DNA of 64,000 nt, from NCBI GenBank assembly GCA_039028795.1, contig JBCCHJ010000013.1, forward strand, positions 35,587-99,586, written 5' to 3'. Shown piece by piece: positions 1 through 10,395 of the stretch (positions are counted from its first letter, which is position 1; each line of letters opens with the position of its first letter). Origin of the DNA: Pseudomonadota bacterium (lineage in GTDB: Bacteria; Pseudomonadota; Alphaproteobacteria; Rhodobacterales; Rhodobacteraceae). A model generated the notes under the pieces. That model did not search any database. It saw only the letters and a list, made by a program, of their open reading frames with translations, and was not told the DNA's origin. The position numbers and the translations under genes are program-made.

Positions 1-551
1 GCGGACGGTGCCAACCCCCAGATCAACCGATCCTCTTGCAGTCCGATAACCCTCTCATGCCAGCCATCTTCCGCACACAGGAACTGCCTGACCGGCAGGG
101 CATCGAAGAACTCGTTGGCAAGGTAAACAGCGGGACCATCAGGCACCTGATCCAGGCTTTTGACCCACTCAGCGCCGGATACACGACGGGCTTGTTCTTC
201 TTGCAAGTGCTGCGACACCTCGACGAACCAAACTTCGGGCGAACCCCCTGCCCTTCGTAGAACTCGCAACACGTCCGCCATTAGTGTTCCGCGCCCTGCA
301 CCAAGTTCGACCAGCTTGAAGGCCGGGCGCCCCATCTCGATCCACGCCGCAGCAGTCCATGCGCCGACGATCTCTCCAAACATCTGGCTGACTTCTGGGG
401 CCGTGATGAAATCTCCGGCCATGCCGAAAGGATCACGCGTCACGTAATAGCCATGCTGAGGATGTGTCAGACAAAGCTCCATGTACCGGGCCACGGTCAT
501 CGGCCCGGTCGCGGTGATTTCCTGCCGGATCAACGCCTCCAGCGGGGTCAT
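1..551 (-). CDS. SAM-dependent methyltransferase, NDUFAF7/MidA family (partial, runs off window start)
   Basis: Manual translation MTPLEALIRQEITATGPMTVARYMELCLTHPQHGYYVTRDPFGMAGDFITAPEVSQMFGE; ATGA overlap with lgt stop. Confidence 0.9.
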   Translation of the reverse strand, partial: MTPLEALIRQEITATGPMTVARYMELCLTHPQHGYYVTRDPFGMAGDFITAPEVSQMFGEIVGAWTAAAWIEMGRPAFKLVELGAGRGTLMADVLRVLRRAGGSPEVWFVEVSQHLQEEQARRVSGAEWVKSLDQVPDGPAVYLANEFFDALPVRQFLCAEDGWHERVIGLQEDRLIWGLAPS

Positions 552-1429
552 CCCGCAGCCTTGGGCGCCCGCCGGTTGGCATAGAGAATGAACCCAAGTC
601 CGATCAAGACCATCGGCGCCGACAGGACCTGCCCCATGGATATTCCCCAGTCACGCACCATATCGGCCAACTGCGGATCGGGCTCGCGGAAAAATTCGAC
701 GAAAAACCGCGCTGCGCCATAGCCAATGAAGAATACGCCAATCAACGACCCCGGACGTTTCAGCCAACCCCCGAAGAGCGCCAATCCCCACATCACCAGG
801 AACAGCAAAAGTCCTTCCAATGCGGCTTCGTACAACTGCGACGGATGGCGAGGCTCGGTAAGGTTCGTCCAATCGCGCCCGCCGGTTACTGGGTTCGGTA
901 GCGGAAACTGCATCGCCCAGGACACATCGGTCACACGGCCGTAAAGCTCGCCATTGATGAAGTTTGCCAACCTTCCCAAAAGCAATCCGATCGGCGCGGC
1001 CAGGGCTACCGCATCGCCAACCTGCAACAGAGGGTTCTTCTTGACGCTCGTGTAAATGATCGTCGCCAGCACGACGCCAATGAAACCGCCATGAAAGGAC
1101 ATGCCGCCCTCCCAGACCTGCACTATCTCGGCCGGATTGGCGATAAACCGTGCGGGATCATAGAAAATCACAAAACCCAAACGACCGCCCAAAATGACGC
1201 CCAGGACCATCCAGGTTAGCAACTCTTCCGGCGCTTCTGGCTTCATTGGGGCCTTGTCCCCAGGCCACAGTTTTGGCCGCTTCATCAAGTAAACCATCAG
1301 CCGCCAGCCGATAATCAACCCGAAAATATAGGCCAACGCATACCAGCGAAGCGAAAATTCAAAGCTGCCCAGGGCGATCGTGAACAGGGCCGGATCGATA
1401 TCCGGGAAGGGTAGAACGGACGGTATCAT
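548..1429 (-). CDS. lgt: Prolipoprotein diacylglyceryl transferase
   Basis: Motifs LRWYALAY, GGRLG, WEGGMSFHGG, GRLANFINGELYGR, HPSQLYEA. Confidence 0.97.
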   Translation of the reverse strand: MIPSVLPFPDIDPALFTIALGSFEFSLRWYALAYIFGLIIGWRLMVYLMKRPKLWPGDKAPMKPEAPEELLTWMVLGVILGGRLGFVIFYDPARFIANPAEIVQVWEGGMSFHGGFIGVVLATIIYTSVKKNPLLQVGDAVALAAPIGLLLGRLANFINGELYGRVTDVSWAMQFPLPNPVTGGRDWTNLTEPRHPSQLYEAALEGLLLFLVMWGLALFGGWLKRPGSLIGVFFIGYGAARFFVEFFREPDPQLADMVRDWGISMGQVLSAPMVLIGLGFILYANRRAPKAAG

Positions 1430-1481
1430 GACCTCTCCTGATCAGGGTCTTGGGCGGATGTGACGGCGTTGCGCTTGTCTG

Positions 1482-2639
1482 TCAAGCAGCGCCGCGGGCG
1501 GCCGCGTCGCGGTCACGAGATCGTGCGGCCAGATCCTTCATTCCCAAATCCCACTCCGCGCGAACGTCCGGATCAGGATCGTCACGTCGCGCTTTTACAA
1601 AGGTAGGCAGATCCACCAGTCTGGAATATGCCCAAACTGCTGCACCTCGAACCAAAGGTTCGGGATCAAGAGTTAAGCCACGAACCAACTCCGCAGCACC
1701 AAAGTCCCCAGAATTTCCCAACGCCACCAGAACGTTGCGAACAAATCTGGCACGGCCAATCCGCTTGATCGGCGATCCCGAGAAAGCCGCGCGAAACGCA
1801 GTGTCGTCGAGACGGGCGAATGCCTTCAGGTCCGGATCCTTCAAGACCGGCCGGGCCTCGTATGCTTCTTGCGCTGCTTCCGCAAATTTGTTCCACGGGC
1901 ACACCGTCAGGCAATCGTCACAGCCATAAATCCTGTTGCCCATCAGGGGTCGCATTTTTCGGGGTATCGGACCTTTCAGTTCGATATTCAGATACGAAAT
2001 GCATCTGCGGGCATCCAACTGATACGGCGCGGGGAAGGCTGCCGTGGGACAAACGTCCAGACAGCGCCGACAACCACCGCAATGATCCTCAGACGCTTCA
2101 TCGACCCGAAGATCCGCCGTTGTGAATATTGCGCCCAGAAAGAACCAAGACCCAAGGTTCCGCGATACCAGATTGGTATGCTTGCCCTGCCAACCCAATC
2201 CAGCGGCCTGGGCCAGCGGTTTTTCCATGACAGGGGCCGTGTCGACAAAGACTTTGATTTCTCCGCCGGTCTGATCGATCAGCCAACGGCCCAGGCGCTT
2301 CAGTCGTTTTTTGACAACATCATGATAATCCCGGCCTTGTGCATAGACAGACACCGATGCCTGATCCGGTTCCTGCAATAACGCCAACGGGTCCGCCTCA
2401 GGCGCATAGCTGTCAGCCAGCATGATGATCGAACGCGCCTCTGGCCAAAGGGCAGATGGGTCGCCACGCCAGGCGGCTCTATCAGCCATCCACGCCATTT
2501 CGCCATGACGGCCCGCGTCCAACCACGTACGCAAACGGTCAGCGATATTTGGCACCGCAGTTGGTGAAGTAATGCCAACAGCAGCAAACCCAGTGGCCCG
2601 GGCTTCAGTTTTCACCAATTCTGTCAGATCTGCAGACAT
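1482..2639 (-). CDS. queG: tRNA epoxyqueuosine(34) reductase
   Basis: [18 protein letters not shown], two 4Fe-4S motifs ([29 protein letters not shown]); start chosen at ATG 2639 (ORF open to 2702). Confidence 0.95.
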   Translation of the reverse strand: MSADLTELVKTEARATGFAAVGITSPTAVPNIADRLRTWLDAGRHGEMAWMADRAAWRGDPSALWPEARSIIMLADSYAPEADPLALLQEPDQASVSVYAQGRDYHDVVKKRLKRLGRWLIDQTGGEIKVFVDTAPVMEKPLAQAAGLGWQGKHTNLVSRNLGSWFFLGAIFTTADLRVDEASEDHCGGCRRCLDVCPTAAFPAPYQLDARRCISYLNIELKGPIPRKMRPLMGNRIYGCDDCLTVCPWNKFAEAAQEAYEARPVLKDPDLKAFARLDDTAFRAAFSGSPIKRIGRARFVRNVLVALGNSGDFGAAELVRGLTLDPEPLVRGAAVWAYSRLVDLPTFVKARRDDPDPDVRAEWDLGMKDLAARSRDRDAAARGAA

Positions 2640-2953
2640 CGTCGCATCATATGCTGAGCCGGGCGTGGCTCCAAGTACCAGTTGAAGTTGCTCCAAGGTC
2701 ACCTTTTCATTTGTTCAAAATGCTGAATCAAGTTGAGACTTATTTTACAATTAGACGACACATTCACACGCATCGGCAGGGACTGATTCCGTGGAACCAC
2801 GGACTGTTTCTGTCGGAAGGGGAGTTCCTCGAGAAAGCGCTGTGGTCGTCCCGTTCGGGGGGCGGGACGGCCATTCTTGAAGCTCAGGTGACGGAACTCT
2901 GCAGAAATTGCGTTGGATCGCTGAAACGGATTGGCTTGATTGGAGTTTTAAAG

Positions 2954-3160
2954 ATGGCGGCCAGTGAAACCCTCACAATCAATTTTGCAGATGGCTATGT
3001 GCATCGATTCACTGTGACCGATGGGAACGGTGCAATTTATGCCGCGAATATTGAAACTGGCGGATATGGCGTGCGCAAGGCTCCTTGTGACCATATGACT
3101 TGGTATGGTCCGGCAGACGTCACACATGTCGCCGTTCTTGATGATATTAAGTGCGTTTGA
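2954..3160 (+). CDS. Small hypothetical protein (68 aa)
   Basis: GGAG RBS 8 nt before ATG 2954; MAASETLTINFADGYVHRFTVTDGNGAIYAANIETGGYGVRKAPCDHMTWYGPADVTHVAVLDDIKCV. Confidence 0.55.
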   Translation: MAASETLTINFADGYVHRFTVTDGNGAIYAANIETGGYGVRKAPCDHMTWYGPADVTHVAVLDDIKCV

Positions 3161-3181
3161 CGACCGTTTGAAACGCGGTCT

Positions 3182-3853
3182 CTAAAAGTCCAAATCTGTG
3201 TAATGCGGCGGAGGCGGTGGAAACCCGGGCAGATGGTCTGCCAGCAGTCCGCGAAATCCCGGGCGCGATTTCATCACTGCATACCATTCGCGAACAGCTG
3301 GGTAATCTTCCCAGTGAATATCCCCCAAATAGTCCAGGCAAGAGATATGCGCGGCGGCCGCGATATCCGCCATGCTGATGCGATTGCCGGCCAGCCAGTT
3401 ATGGCCTTCCAGAAGGTAGGTGACGTAATCCAGATGCACGCGGACGTTCTTTGAACCGGCCTTCAATGCCTGTCCGTCCGGATAACCGGTGCGCGCCAGA
3501 CGCTTTGTGACCCGTTCATACAGCAGGTTTTCCGTAACCTCGCGGTGGAACTTATCGTCGAACCAGGCAACCAGCCGGCGGACTTCTGCACGCGCAATGG
3601 GCCGTTCGGGCATCAAAGGCGGGTCGGGATGCAGCTCTTCCAGATACGCCGTTATCGCACGGCTTTCGGAAAGAACTTTTCCCTCATCGGTCACCAGAAC
3701 TGGAACCACGCCTGCGGGATTCATCCGCAGGAAATCCAATCGTCGTTCCCAAGGGCGCTCCTCTATCAGGTCCACATCCAGCTTCTTTTCCGCCAGCACA
3801 AGGCGCACCTTGCGGCAAAATGGCGACAGCGGAAGGTGGTAGAGTCGAAACAT
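3182..3853 (-). CDS. fzlA: Glutathione S-transferase family FtsZ-binding protein
   Basis: MFRLYHLPLSPFCRKVRLVLAEK...NPAGVVPVL; C-terminal PPPHYTDLDF; upstream of queG. Confidence 0.85.
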   Translation of the reverse strand: MFRLYHLPLSPFCRKVRLVLAEKKLDVDLIEERPWERRLDFLRMNPAGVVPVLVTDEGKVLSESRAITAYLEELHPDPPLMPERPIARAEVRRLVAWFDDKFHREVTENLLYERVTKRLARTGYPDGQALKAGSKNVRVHLDYVTYLLEGHNWLAGNRISMADIAAAAHISCLDYLGDIHWEDYPAVREWYAVMKSRPGFRGLLADHLPGFPPPPPHYTDLDF

Positions 3854-4066
3854 TGGCAATTTCTGGTTGTCAGGAGTCCAAGAGCATCTCTGCCGAATGC
3901 TGGCCTTGCTTGCAAGACCCCAAGCACCAAACGGACACTTGACCACAGCACCGTCAGGTTGCAGCAATCTCTACTTACACGTGTCAGAGGTGCACATTGA
4001 TCCTGCCATTTAGGATGGATACATGCCCGAGATGCAAAGAGGTCCAAGCGACGGGTGGATTCGCGG

Positions 4067-4771
4067 ATGACTAAGACCTTCGTGCTAATGCATGGGGCCT
4101 GGCATGGCGGTTGGTGTTGGCGCCCAGTCGCGGAAATCTTGCGCAGCCGCGGTCACAAGGTCACGACACCCACGCAAACTGGATTAGGAGAGCGCCGTCA
4201 TTTGATCAGCGGAGATCTGACTCTGCAAACCTTCATCGATGATCTGGTCAATCACATTCTCGCCGAAGATCTGGTGGATATAACATTGGTCGGCCATTCC
4301 TTTGGCGGCAATGCAATCTCAGGCGCGGCAGAAGAGATACCGGAGCACATTGATAATCTTGTCTACCTCGATTGCACGATGTTGATGGGCGGAGAAATCC
4401 TATTGGACAAACTACCGCCCGGTAAGATCGGCGAGCGGATCGCCGCGATGTCTGAAACTGGCAACGACATCGCTTTGCCACCGCCGGATCCCTCGGCCTT
4501 TGGGATCCTGGAACCGGGTCAGGCTGCTTGGGTTCAATCCAGGCTGACCCCGCACCCGATTTCAACAATGACCAGCCCGCTGCCGATCAAACGCCTGCCG
4601 GGCAACGGGTTGCCCGCCCGGTACATCGCCTGCACTGATCCGATTTATCACCAGCCGGGACGGATTCGCGAATGGTTGACTCCTATGGGGTGGCCCGTTC
4701 AAGAGCTGCCGACCGGCCATGATGCGATGATTACGGCTCCAACGGACTTGGCAGAGGTGCTGGACCGATGA
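4067..4771 (+). CDS. Alpha/beta hydrolase (esterase, MES/SABP2-like)
   Basis: FVLMHGAWHGGWCW, GHSFGG nucleophile motif, C-terminal GHDAM. Confidence 0.9.
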   Translation: MTKTFVLMHGAWHGGWCWRPVAEILRSRGHKVTTPTQTGLGERRHLISGDLTLQTFIDDLVNHILAEDLVDITLVGHSFGGNAISGAAEEIPEHIDNLVYLDCTMLMGGEILLDKLPPGKIGERIAAMSETGNDIALPPPDPSAFGILEPGQAAWVQSRLTPHPISTMTSPLPIKRLPGNGLPARYIACTDPIYHQPGRIREWLTPMGWPVQELPTGHDAMITAPTDLAEVLDR

Positions 4772-5574
4772 GCTTCGCCTTCGCTGATCACGCTGCTGGC
4801 CTTCTGGCGGACCTAAGGGTTCGGGTCCCAGGCGCCGAAGTGATGGACGATCTGCCCGATGTGTGCCGCCCGAAGACACTGATGGATGCTTATCGTATTC
4901 AAGCCCGGTTGCGCGAATTGCTCAGCTTCCGGGCCCCTGGCCCGCAGGTTGGCTGGAAAATTGGCTGCACGACGCCGGTGATGCAGAGCTATCTGAAAAT
5001 ACCGCACCCCTGTGCCGGAACACTCTATCGAAAGAGCGTCTGTAAGCGGTCCATCGAGCTGCGCGCTGCCGACTTTTTCACGCTGGGACTGGAATGCGAG
5101 ATCGCCGTGCGGTTGGCCCAGGATCTGCCGCGCCTAAGCCAGCCAAGGAACAGCGACTCGATGCTCGGTACAATCGCCGAGGTCATGGCCTCGATCGAAA
5201 TTGTCGAACATCGCTTCACTGATTTCACCAAAGTTAGGGCGCCCACCCTGGTGGCAGACGACTTCTTTTCCGCTGGCTGTGTGATCGGCTCGCCGATGAA
5301 GCCCAGCGAGTTGAGCGATCTCCGGCGGCTGAGGGGTGGGTTTTCCATTGACGATTCCCGTCCCGAAGCAACGGGATCTGGTGAAGAAATCCTCGGGCAT
5401 CCGTTGACGGCACTGGCTTGGCTTGCCGACCACGCTGCAGGCCTGAACACGCCATTGCTTAAGGGTCAGATCGTTACGTTGGGCAGCATTGTAAAGACGA
5501 TCTACCCGGAACCCGGCCAGGTGATCGAAGCCCGAATTGACCGACTGCCAGCGGCAGCGGTCACGGTGATCTAG
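4768..5574 (+). CDS. 2-keto-4-pentenoate hydratase / FAH-family protein
   Basis: AYRIQ, VGWKIGCT, ECEIA, LGHPLTALAWLA, GQIVTLGS; ATGA coupling to upstream hydrolase. Confidence 0.88.
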   Translation: MSFAFADHAAGLLADLRVRVPGAEVMDDLPDVCRPKTLMDAYRIQARLRELLSFRAPGPQVGWKIGCTTPVMQSYLKIPHPCAGTLYRKSVCKRSIELRAADFFTLGLECEIAVRLAQDLPRLSQPRNSDSMLGTIAEVMASIEIVEHRFTDFTKVRAPTLVADDFFSAGCVIGSPMKPSELSDLRRLRGGFSIDDSRPEATGSGEEILGHPLTALAWLADHAAGLNTPLLKGQIVTLGSIVKTIYPEPGQVIEARIDRLPAAAVTVI

Positions 5575-5673
5575 TTATTTTCACGTCCCGGTGCCCGGTA
5601 ACTATGATTTTCCACAGTGGCTTAAGAGCGCCTTGAGATGATGAGCCAAACCGACTCAACGAAAGGCTCACCT

Positions 5674-6069
5674 ATGTTAAAAAATCTGTTCGCCTGCGCT
5701 GCTGTTTCATTTCTGCTGATCGGACATCCGGTCACGGCAAAAGACGTCGATGTCGAGTTCGTGACGCACATCGCAGCTTCTGAAATGTTCGATGATGGTG
5801 CTCAATTCATCGACGTCCGTGGGTATGACGTTGCTGATCTCGGCCAGGTTCAAAACGCAGACAACCTGCCATTCGCAACCGATTACACGGAAGAATCGCT
5901 GGCGATGCTGGTCGACATGGACCAAGCATTGGTGTTCTACAGCGATCACAGTTCTCTGGATGATTGCATCCAAGCCGCCAAACTTGCACGCCAATGGGGC
6001 TATCAAAAGGTCTATGTGATGCAAGACGGTTTTGGCAGCTGGGTGAAAGCGAGCCTGCCCGTCCAATAA
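5674..6069 (+). CDS. Exported rhodanese-like domain protein
   Basis: Signal-peptide-like N-terminus; FIDVR, GYQKVYVMQDGFGSWVKASLPV rhodanese signature. Confidence 0.8.
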   Translation: MLKNLFACAAVSFLLIGHPVTAKDVDVEFVTHIAASEMFDDGAQFIDVRGYDVADLGQVQNADNLPFATDYTEESLAMLVDMDQALVFYSDHSSLDDCIQAAKLARQWGYQKVYVMQDGFGSWVKASLPVQ

Positions 6070-6149
6070 AACCGGCGGCCTCGCGCGACGGCTTAACGGC
6101 AGGTCTGCCGCCCGCTGGCCAGCCGCAATGGCGACTCGCTCAGCAGGAT

Positions 6150-6190
6150 TGCGACCAACGGTGCGCCGTCGGGTCGCAGCCTTGTTTTTT
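6150..6190 (+). terminator. Putative Rho-independent terminator
   Basis: TGCGACC..ACGG-TGCG-CCGT..GGTCGCA stem followed by CCTTGTTTTTT. Confidence 0.5.
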
Positions 6191-6237
6191 ATATATTTTC
6201 CAGATGCTTATAACTGCGAAGATGAGTTGGCAGTTCC

Positions 6238-6266
6238 TTGACACCCCCCTGACCCGATCATAGTGT
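6238..6266 (+). promoter_or_regulatory. Sigma70-type promoter of the atp F0 operon
   Basis: TTGACA-17 nt-TAGTGT about 50 nt upstream of atpI. Confidence 0.7.
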
Positions 6267-6316
6267 GCGCGCGACCTTGGCCAGGGGCTCTCCTGGACCG
6301 TGCAACAGAGGGTGCC

Positions 6317-6664
6317 GTGATCCAAAATCCGGGCAAAAGCCGCGGCGCGAACACGGACAGACTGGCAGAGCTGGACCGACGGATTTCCGACGCCCGCGAT
6401 GCCAAAAACCCGAAGCCACGCACGGATAAGGACAAATACGCTGCCATGTCTATGGGCTGGCGGTTGGTGATCGAGCTGGTCCTCTCTGTGATGATCGGCG
6501 CACTGATGGGATGGGGGCTGGACTGGCTCTTTGGCTCGTTGCCACTCTTTCTCATCGTGTTCGTATTGCTGGGTTTCGCGGCTGGGGTGCGCACTATGTT
6601 GCGTTCAGCCGAAGAGATGCAGCGAAAACAAGCGGCGAATGCCGCAGAAGAAGACGAGGGATAA
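6317..6664 (+). CDS. atpI: ATP synthase protein I (AtpZ/AtpI)
   Basis: Two TM helices, [10 protein letters not shown]...[11 protein letters not shown]; first gene of F0 operon; GTG start. Confidence 0.9.
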   Translation: MIQNPGKSRGANTDRLAELDRRISDARDAKNPKPRTDKDKYAAMSMGWRLVIELVLSVMIGALMGWGLDWLFGSLPLFLIVFVLLGFAAGVRTMLRSAEEMQRKQAANAAEEDEG

Positions 6665-6669
6665 CTGCC

Positions 6670-7437
6670 ATGGCGACAGGCGCTGACGGAGCACCGGTCA
6701 TCGATCCGATGAAGCAGTTCAAGATCTCGCCGCTGTTTGGTGACGGCTCGGTGACCAGCTTCATCACTCCGACGAATTCCACCTTATGGATGGCCTTGGC
6801 GATCATCGGGATCACGTTACTGCTGGTCATGGGGATGAAAGGCCGCGCCCTTGTGCCGACCCGCATCCAATCGGTGGCAGAGCTGCTGTATTCCTTCATC
6901 CGATCCATGGTGATGGATATCCTCGGAGAGGACGGCAAAAAGTTCTTTCCCTATATCTTCACGCTCTTCGTCTTCATTCTTTTCGCCAACCTTCTGGGTA
7001 TGATCCCAGGCTCGTTCACGACGACGTCGCATATCGCTGTAACCGGGATTATGGCTCTCGCGGTCTTCCTGACGGTGATTGTGCTGGGCTTCATGAAGAA
7101 CGGCGCCGGATTCCTGAAACTCTTCTGGGTCGACAGCGCCCCAGCCGCCCTGCGCGTGCCGCTGGCGGTGATCGAGATCATCTCATTCTTCGTGCGGCCG
7201 CTCAGCCACTCGATCCGGCTTGCCGGCAACATGATGGCCGGTCACGCCGTGATGAAAGTGTTCGCAGGTCTCTTGGCCATGCTGATCCACTCGGGCCTGG
7301 GCATTCTGGCGGTGCTGCCGCTGGGGATGATGGTCGCCATCACCGGCCTCGAGTTCCTGGTCGCCGTGGTGCAGGCCTACATCTTCACCATCCTGACCTG
7401 CATTTATCTGAACGACGCGTTGCACCCCGGACACTAA
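6670..7437 (+). CDS. atpB: F0F1 ATP synthase subunit a
   Basis: [51 protein letters not shown]. Confidence 0.98.
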   Translation: MATGADGAPVIDPMKQFKISPLFGDGSVTSFITPTNSTLWMALAIIGITLLLVMGMKGRALVPTRIQSVAELLYSFIRSMVMDILGEDGKKFFPYIFTLFVFILFANLLGMIPGSFTTTSHIAVTGIMALAVFLTVIVLGFMKNGAGFLKLFWVDSAPAALRVPLAVIEIISFFVRPLSHSIRLAGNMMAGHAVMKVFAGLLAMLIHSGLGILAVLPLGMMVAITGLEFLVAVVQAYIFTILTCIYLNDALHPGH

Positions 7438-7482
7438 GCAACGCCCCGAAACACACAGAATACCTCAAGAGGAGAGAGAACA

Positions 7483-7722
7483 ATGGAAGCTGAAGCCGCA
7501 ACCCTGCTGGGCAAATACATCGGCGCTGGTCTGGCTTGTACCGCTATGGGCGGCGCAGGCGTTGGTGTGGGCCACGTTGTCGGCAACTACCTGGCCGGTG
7601 CTCTGCGCAACCCGGCCGCTGCTGCTGGCCAAACCGCAACGATGTTCCTCGGCATCGCATTCGCAGAAGCTCTGGGTATCTTCGGGTTCCTGATCGCTCT
7701 GCTGCTGATGTTCGCGGTTTAA
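7483..7722 (+). CDS. atpE: F0F1 ATP synthase subunit c
   Basis: GAGLAC..GVG..ALRNP...[11 protein letters not shown]. Confidence 0.98.
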   Translation: MEAEAATLLGKYIGAGLACTAMGGAGVGVGHVVGNYLAGALRNPAAAAGQTATMFLGIAFAEALGIFGFLIALLLMFAV

Positions 7723-7808
7723 TCCACTGAACGCAAGTTTGTGGCCCCGCATGGGGCCACGCCCTGGCGGTCCATACGGGCCGCGCCTGATTTCAATGGA
7801 GAGGGTCC

Positions 7809-8363
7809 ATGGTGATCTCCTCTTTACTCGCCGCAGCAGCCGCTGCCGCAGCTGAAGGCGAAGCCAAAAAGGGCGGCCTGCCCCAGATGGACTTCGGCAC
7901 CTTCCCCAGCCAGATCTTCTGGTTGGTGGTCGGGCTGGTCGTTTTGTTCCTGTTGATGTCCAAGGTCGCGCTGCCGCGCATCGCCTCGGTCCTGGAAGAA
8001 CGCGCCGATGCTGTCGCAGACGATCTTGACAAGGCAGAAGAGTTCAAGCGCAAGGCTGAAGACGCCGAAGCTGCCTATGAGCAGGCCCTGATCGACGCCC
8101 GCGCCAAGGCACAGGAAATCGCAGCGGAAACCCGCGCCGAAATCCAAAAGGATGTCGATGCCGCCACGGCCAAAGCAGATGCAGAAATCGCAGCGCGTGC
8201 CGCCGAAGGCGAAAAGCGCATTGCCGAGATACGCGACAGCGCGATGGCTTCGGTGAACGAAGTCGCAAGCGACACCGCCCAGGCCGTTGTCGATGCGGTA
8301 TTGCCCGGCGTCGCTGATGCAGATGCCGTGAAAGCCGCCGTGCAGTCGCGGTTGGGGAGCTAA
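7809..8363 (+). CDS. atpG: F0F1 ATP synthase subunit b'
   Basis: GLPQMDFGTFPSQIFWL, LPRIASVLEER, Ala/Glu coiled coil; operon position. Confidence 0.93.
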   Translation: MVISSLLAAAAAAAAEGEAKKGGLPQMDFGTFPSQIFWLVVGLVVLFLLMSKVALPRIASVLEERADAVADDLDKAEEFKRKAEDAEAAYEQALIDARAKAQEIAAETRAEIQKDVDAATAKADAEIAARAAEGEKRIAEIRDSAMASVNEVASDTAQAVVDAVLPGVADADAVKAAVQSRLGS

Positions 8364-8366
8364 GCC

Positions 8367-8858
8367 ATGGAAATCTTCTACGACTCCAATGTCGTCGTTG
8401 CGCTCAGCTTCTTCCTGTTCTTCGGTTTGCTGGCCTATCTGGGCGTGCACAAGTTTGTGCTGGGCGCCCTGGACAAACGTGCCGATGGCATCCGGAACGA
8501 GTTGGACGAAGCCCGCCGGTTGCGCGAAGAAGCGCAGGAACTGTTCGCGGAATTCGAGCGGAAACAGCGGGAAGTTGAAGGTCAGGCGGAAGACATCATC
8601 GCCAATGCCAAGGCCGAAGCCGAAGCCGCCGCCGAGCGCGCGAAGGCCGATCTCGCGACGTCCATCGAACGCCGCCTAAAGGCCGCTGACGAGCAGATCG
8701 CCCTGGCGGAATCGAACGCGGTGAAAGAGGTCAAGGACACCGCCGTGTCGGTCGCCATCGCTGCAGCCTCGGAAGTTCTGACCGCCAAGCTGGGCGCCGA
8801 TCAGGCCGAGGGCCTGGTGGATGCGGCCATCAAGGACGTGGGTGCAAAACTGCACTAA
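8367..8858 (+). CDS. atpF: F0F1 ATP synthase subunit b
   Basis: N-terminal TM helix, LDKRADGIRNELDEARRLREEAQ. Confidence 0.95.
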   Translation: MEIFYDSNVVVALSFFLFFGLLAYLGVHKFVLGALDKRADGIRNELDEARRLREEAQELFAEFERKQREVEGQAEDIIANAKAEAEAAAERAKADLATSIERRLKAADEQIALAESNAVKEVKDTAVSVAIAAASEVLTAKLGADQAEGLVDAAIKDVGAKLH

Positions 8859-8881
8859 GCCCGGATCTACCAAACGAATTC

Positions 8882-8909
8882 AAGCCGCCCCCATCCGGGC
8901 GGCTTTTTT
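8882..8909. terminator. Rho-independent terminator of the atp operon (probably bidirectional)
   Basis: AAGCCGCCC-CCATCC-GGGCGGCTT followed by T-run; between convergent genes. Confidence 0.85.
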
Positions 8910-10258
8910 CATGGCTCGTCTCCCCGATCAGGCATGTCCAGCTCTGGCGCACCAACTGACCGTCTGTATGTGTTAACGTAACTTAAGGACTGACCAACCC
9001 TTCTCTCGTTCAATTCGGCATGCCGACGTATCAAATCAATTATCTCGCCAGACTTCTCAGATCCATCGTCCTTTTCGAGATAGGTCTTCAGTCGGCTCTG
9101 AGCCGCTTCTGCATCTGCCAAGGCCCCATGATACGAGTTTATCGCGTGACGCAGCTGACCGAGGCCAAAGTCCTCATCAATCGAACTGAAGTCAAACTCG
9201 CTCACGGGCTTCGGATAGACCAACAGAGCGTTTTTCAATGATTGATCAAGGTTCCCATCTACCGGCATGTTATAGTGACCCTCGCCCTGTAGACGAGACT
9301 TCAACTTTCTCACAAATTCGGGATCTTCATCATCGCGAAGACGATGCCAGCCCCGTGTTCCCTTCATTAGTGATCGCAGCAACAGGTCCACGGCTTGGTC
9401 GAAATCCGCCTCGACGGCATAAAGTCCGCGATAGGCTGCGGCCAGTTCCACCATTGCATGCTTGCCGCCTTTGTCCGCAAGCGCATGCAGTATACGAAGC
9501 CCCTCGGCTCCCTTTCCCTCTTGACGGATCAGAACGCGTCCCAGATTGCGGCCACTCCACCCGCCCGCGACGGCAAGTCGAAAAAACTGTTCCGCCTTCT
9601 CCAGATCTTTCGCCAGGCAGTACCCATAGAAATAGGCCTTTCCAACAGCATCTGCGGCTTCGGCGCTTCCGCCAGTCGCCGTGTCAAAAACCCTTTTTGT
9701 GAATTTCGCCCGAACGGGCGCACGGCAATGATCGCTTTCCGGACCCTTAGGTCGACTTGACCCTGCCAGACCGGACAATCTGACCATCGCGGCGACAATC
9801 CCACCCTCGGCCGCGCGGCGCATCCACTGTTCAGACTTCTCCGAGTTCGCCTTAAGCGGGAATTTCACATCACTGGCGCCTGCAGCTTTCCGGCGAACCG
9901 CGCGCATCCATTCATCAATGTCTAAGCCGGGTCTCTGATAGACCTGGGCCAGAATATACGCGATACGCGGCGGGCCATTCCGCGCCGCATCTTCCAACAT
10001 CGCCAATCCGCGTGACTGATCCTTGGGAACGCCATGGCCGCGCAGATACAACAGGCCAACATTAGCGTGGGCCGGCAATCCGCCCAAATCCTCAGCAGCC
10101 CGCCAGTGACGCAATGCGCTTTCATAGTCTCGGACTTTGTATGCCATACGCCCCAGATCTGTGATCTCCTCGATCAGGGCCTCCGGGACCGGTACTATCT
10201 CTGCCTGGGCGGCATGAGTGACAGCTCCAATCAATAGCGCAATTGAAATGAAACGCAT
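8909..10258 (-). CDS. Secreted Sel1-like repeat protein with peptidoglycan-binding-like domain
   Basis: Signal peptide (AAQA), SEL1 motifs (ANVGLLYLRGHGVPKD, GKAYFYGYCLAKDLEKA), LQGEGHYNMPVDG PG-binding-like motif. Confidence 0.8.
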   Translation of the reverse strand: MRFISIALLIGAVTHAAQAEIVPVPEALIEEITDLGRMAYKVRDYESALRHWRAAEDLGGLPAHANVGLLYLRGHGVPKDQSRGLAMLEDAARNGPPRIAYILAQVYQRPGLDIDEWMRAVRRKAAGASDVKFPLKANSEKSEQWMRRAAEGGIVAAMVRLSGLAGSSRPKGPESDHCRAPVRAKFTKRVFDTATGGSAEAADAVGKAYFYGYCLAKDLEKAEQFFRLAVAGGWSGRNLGRVLIRQEGKGAEGLRILHALADKGGKHAMVELAAAYRGLYAVEADFDQAVDLLLRSLMKGTRGWHRLRDDEDPEFVRKLKSRLQGEGHYNMPVDGNLDQSLKNALLVYPKPVSEFDFSSIDEDFGLGQLRHAINSYHGALADAEAAQSRLKTYLEKDDGSEKSGEIIDLIRRHAELNERRVGQSLSYVNTYRRSVGAPELDMPDRGDEP

Positions 10259-10395
10259 GGGACGCCTCCCCCGTGAAATATCGCCCTCGATCCTATCAGA
10301 CCTGATGTCCGATCAAAGCCCCTCTCATTTCAGCTTGCCGGAAATACTCCGGGGTCTGGGGCAGCGCCCCAGAACACACCTGCCACTGGTTTGGA

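Noticed and set aside
5608-5617. DnaA-box-like TTTTCCACA
   Set aside because: A single 9-mer with no cluster or oriC context; expected by chance
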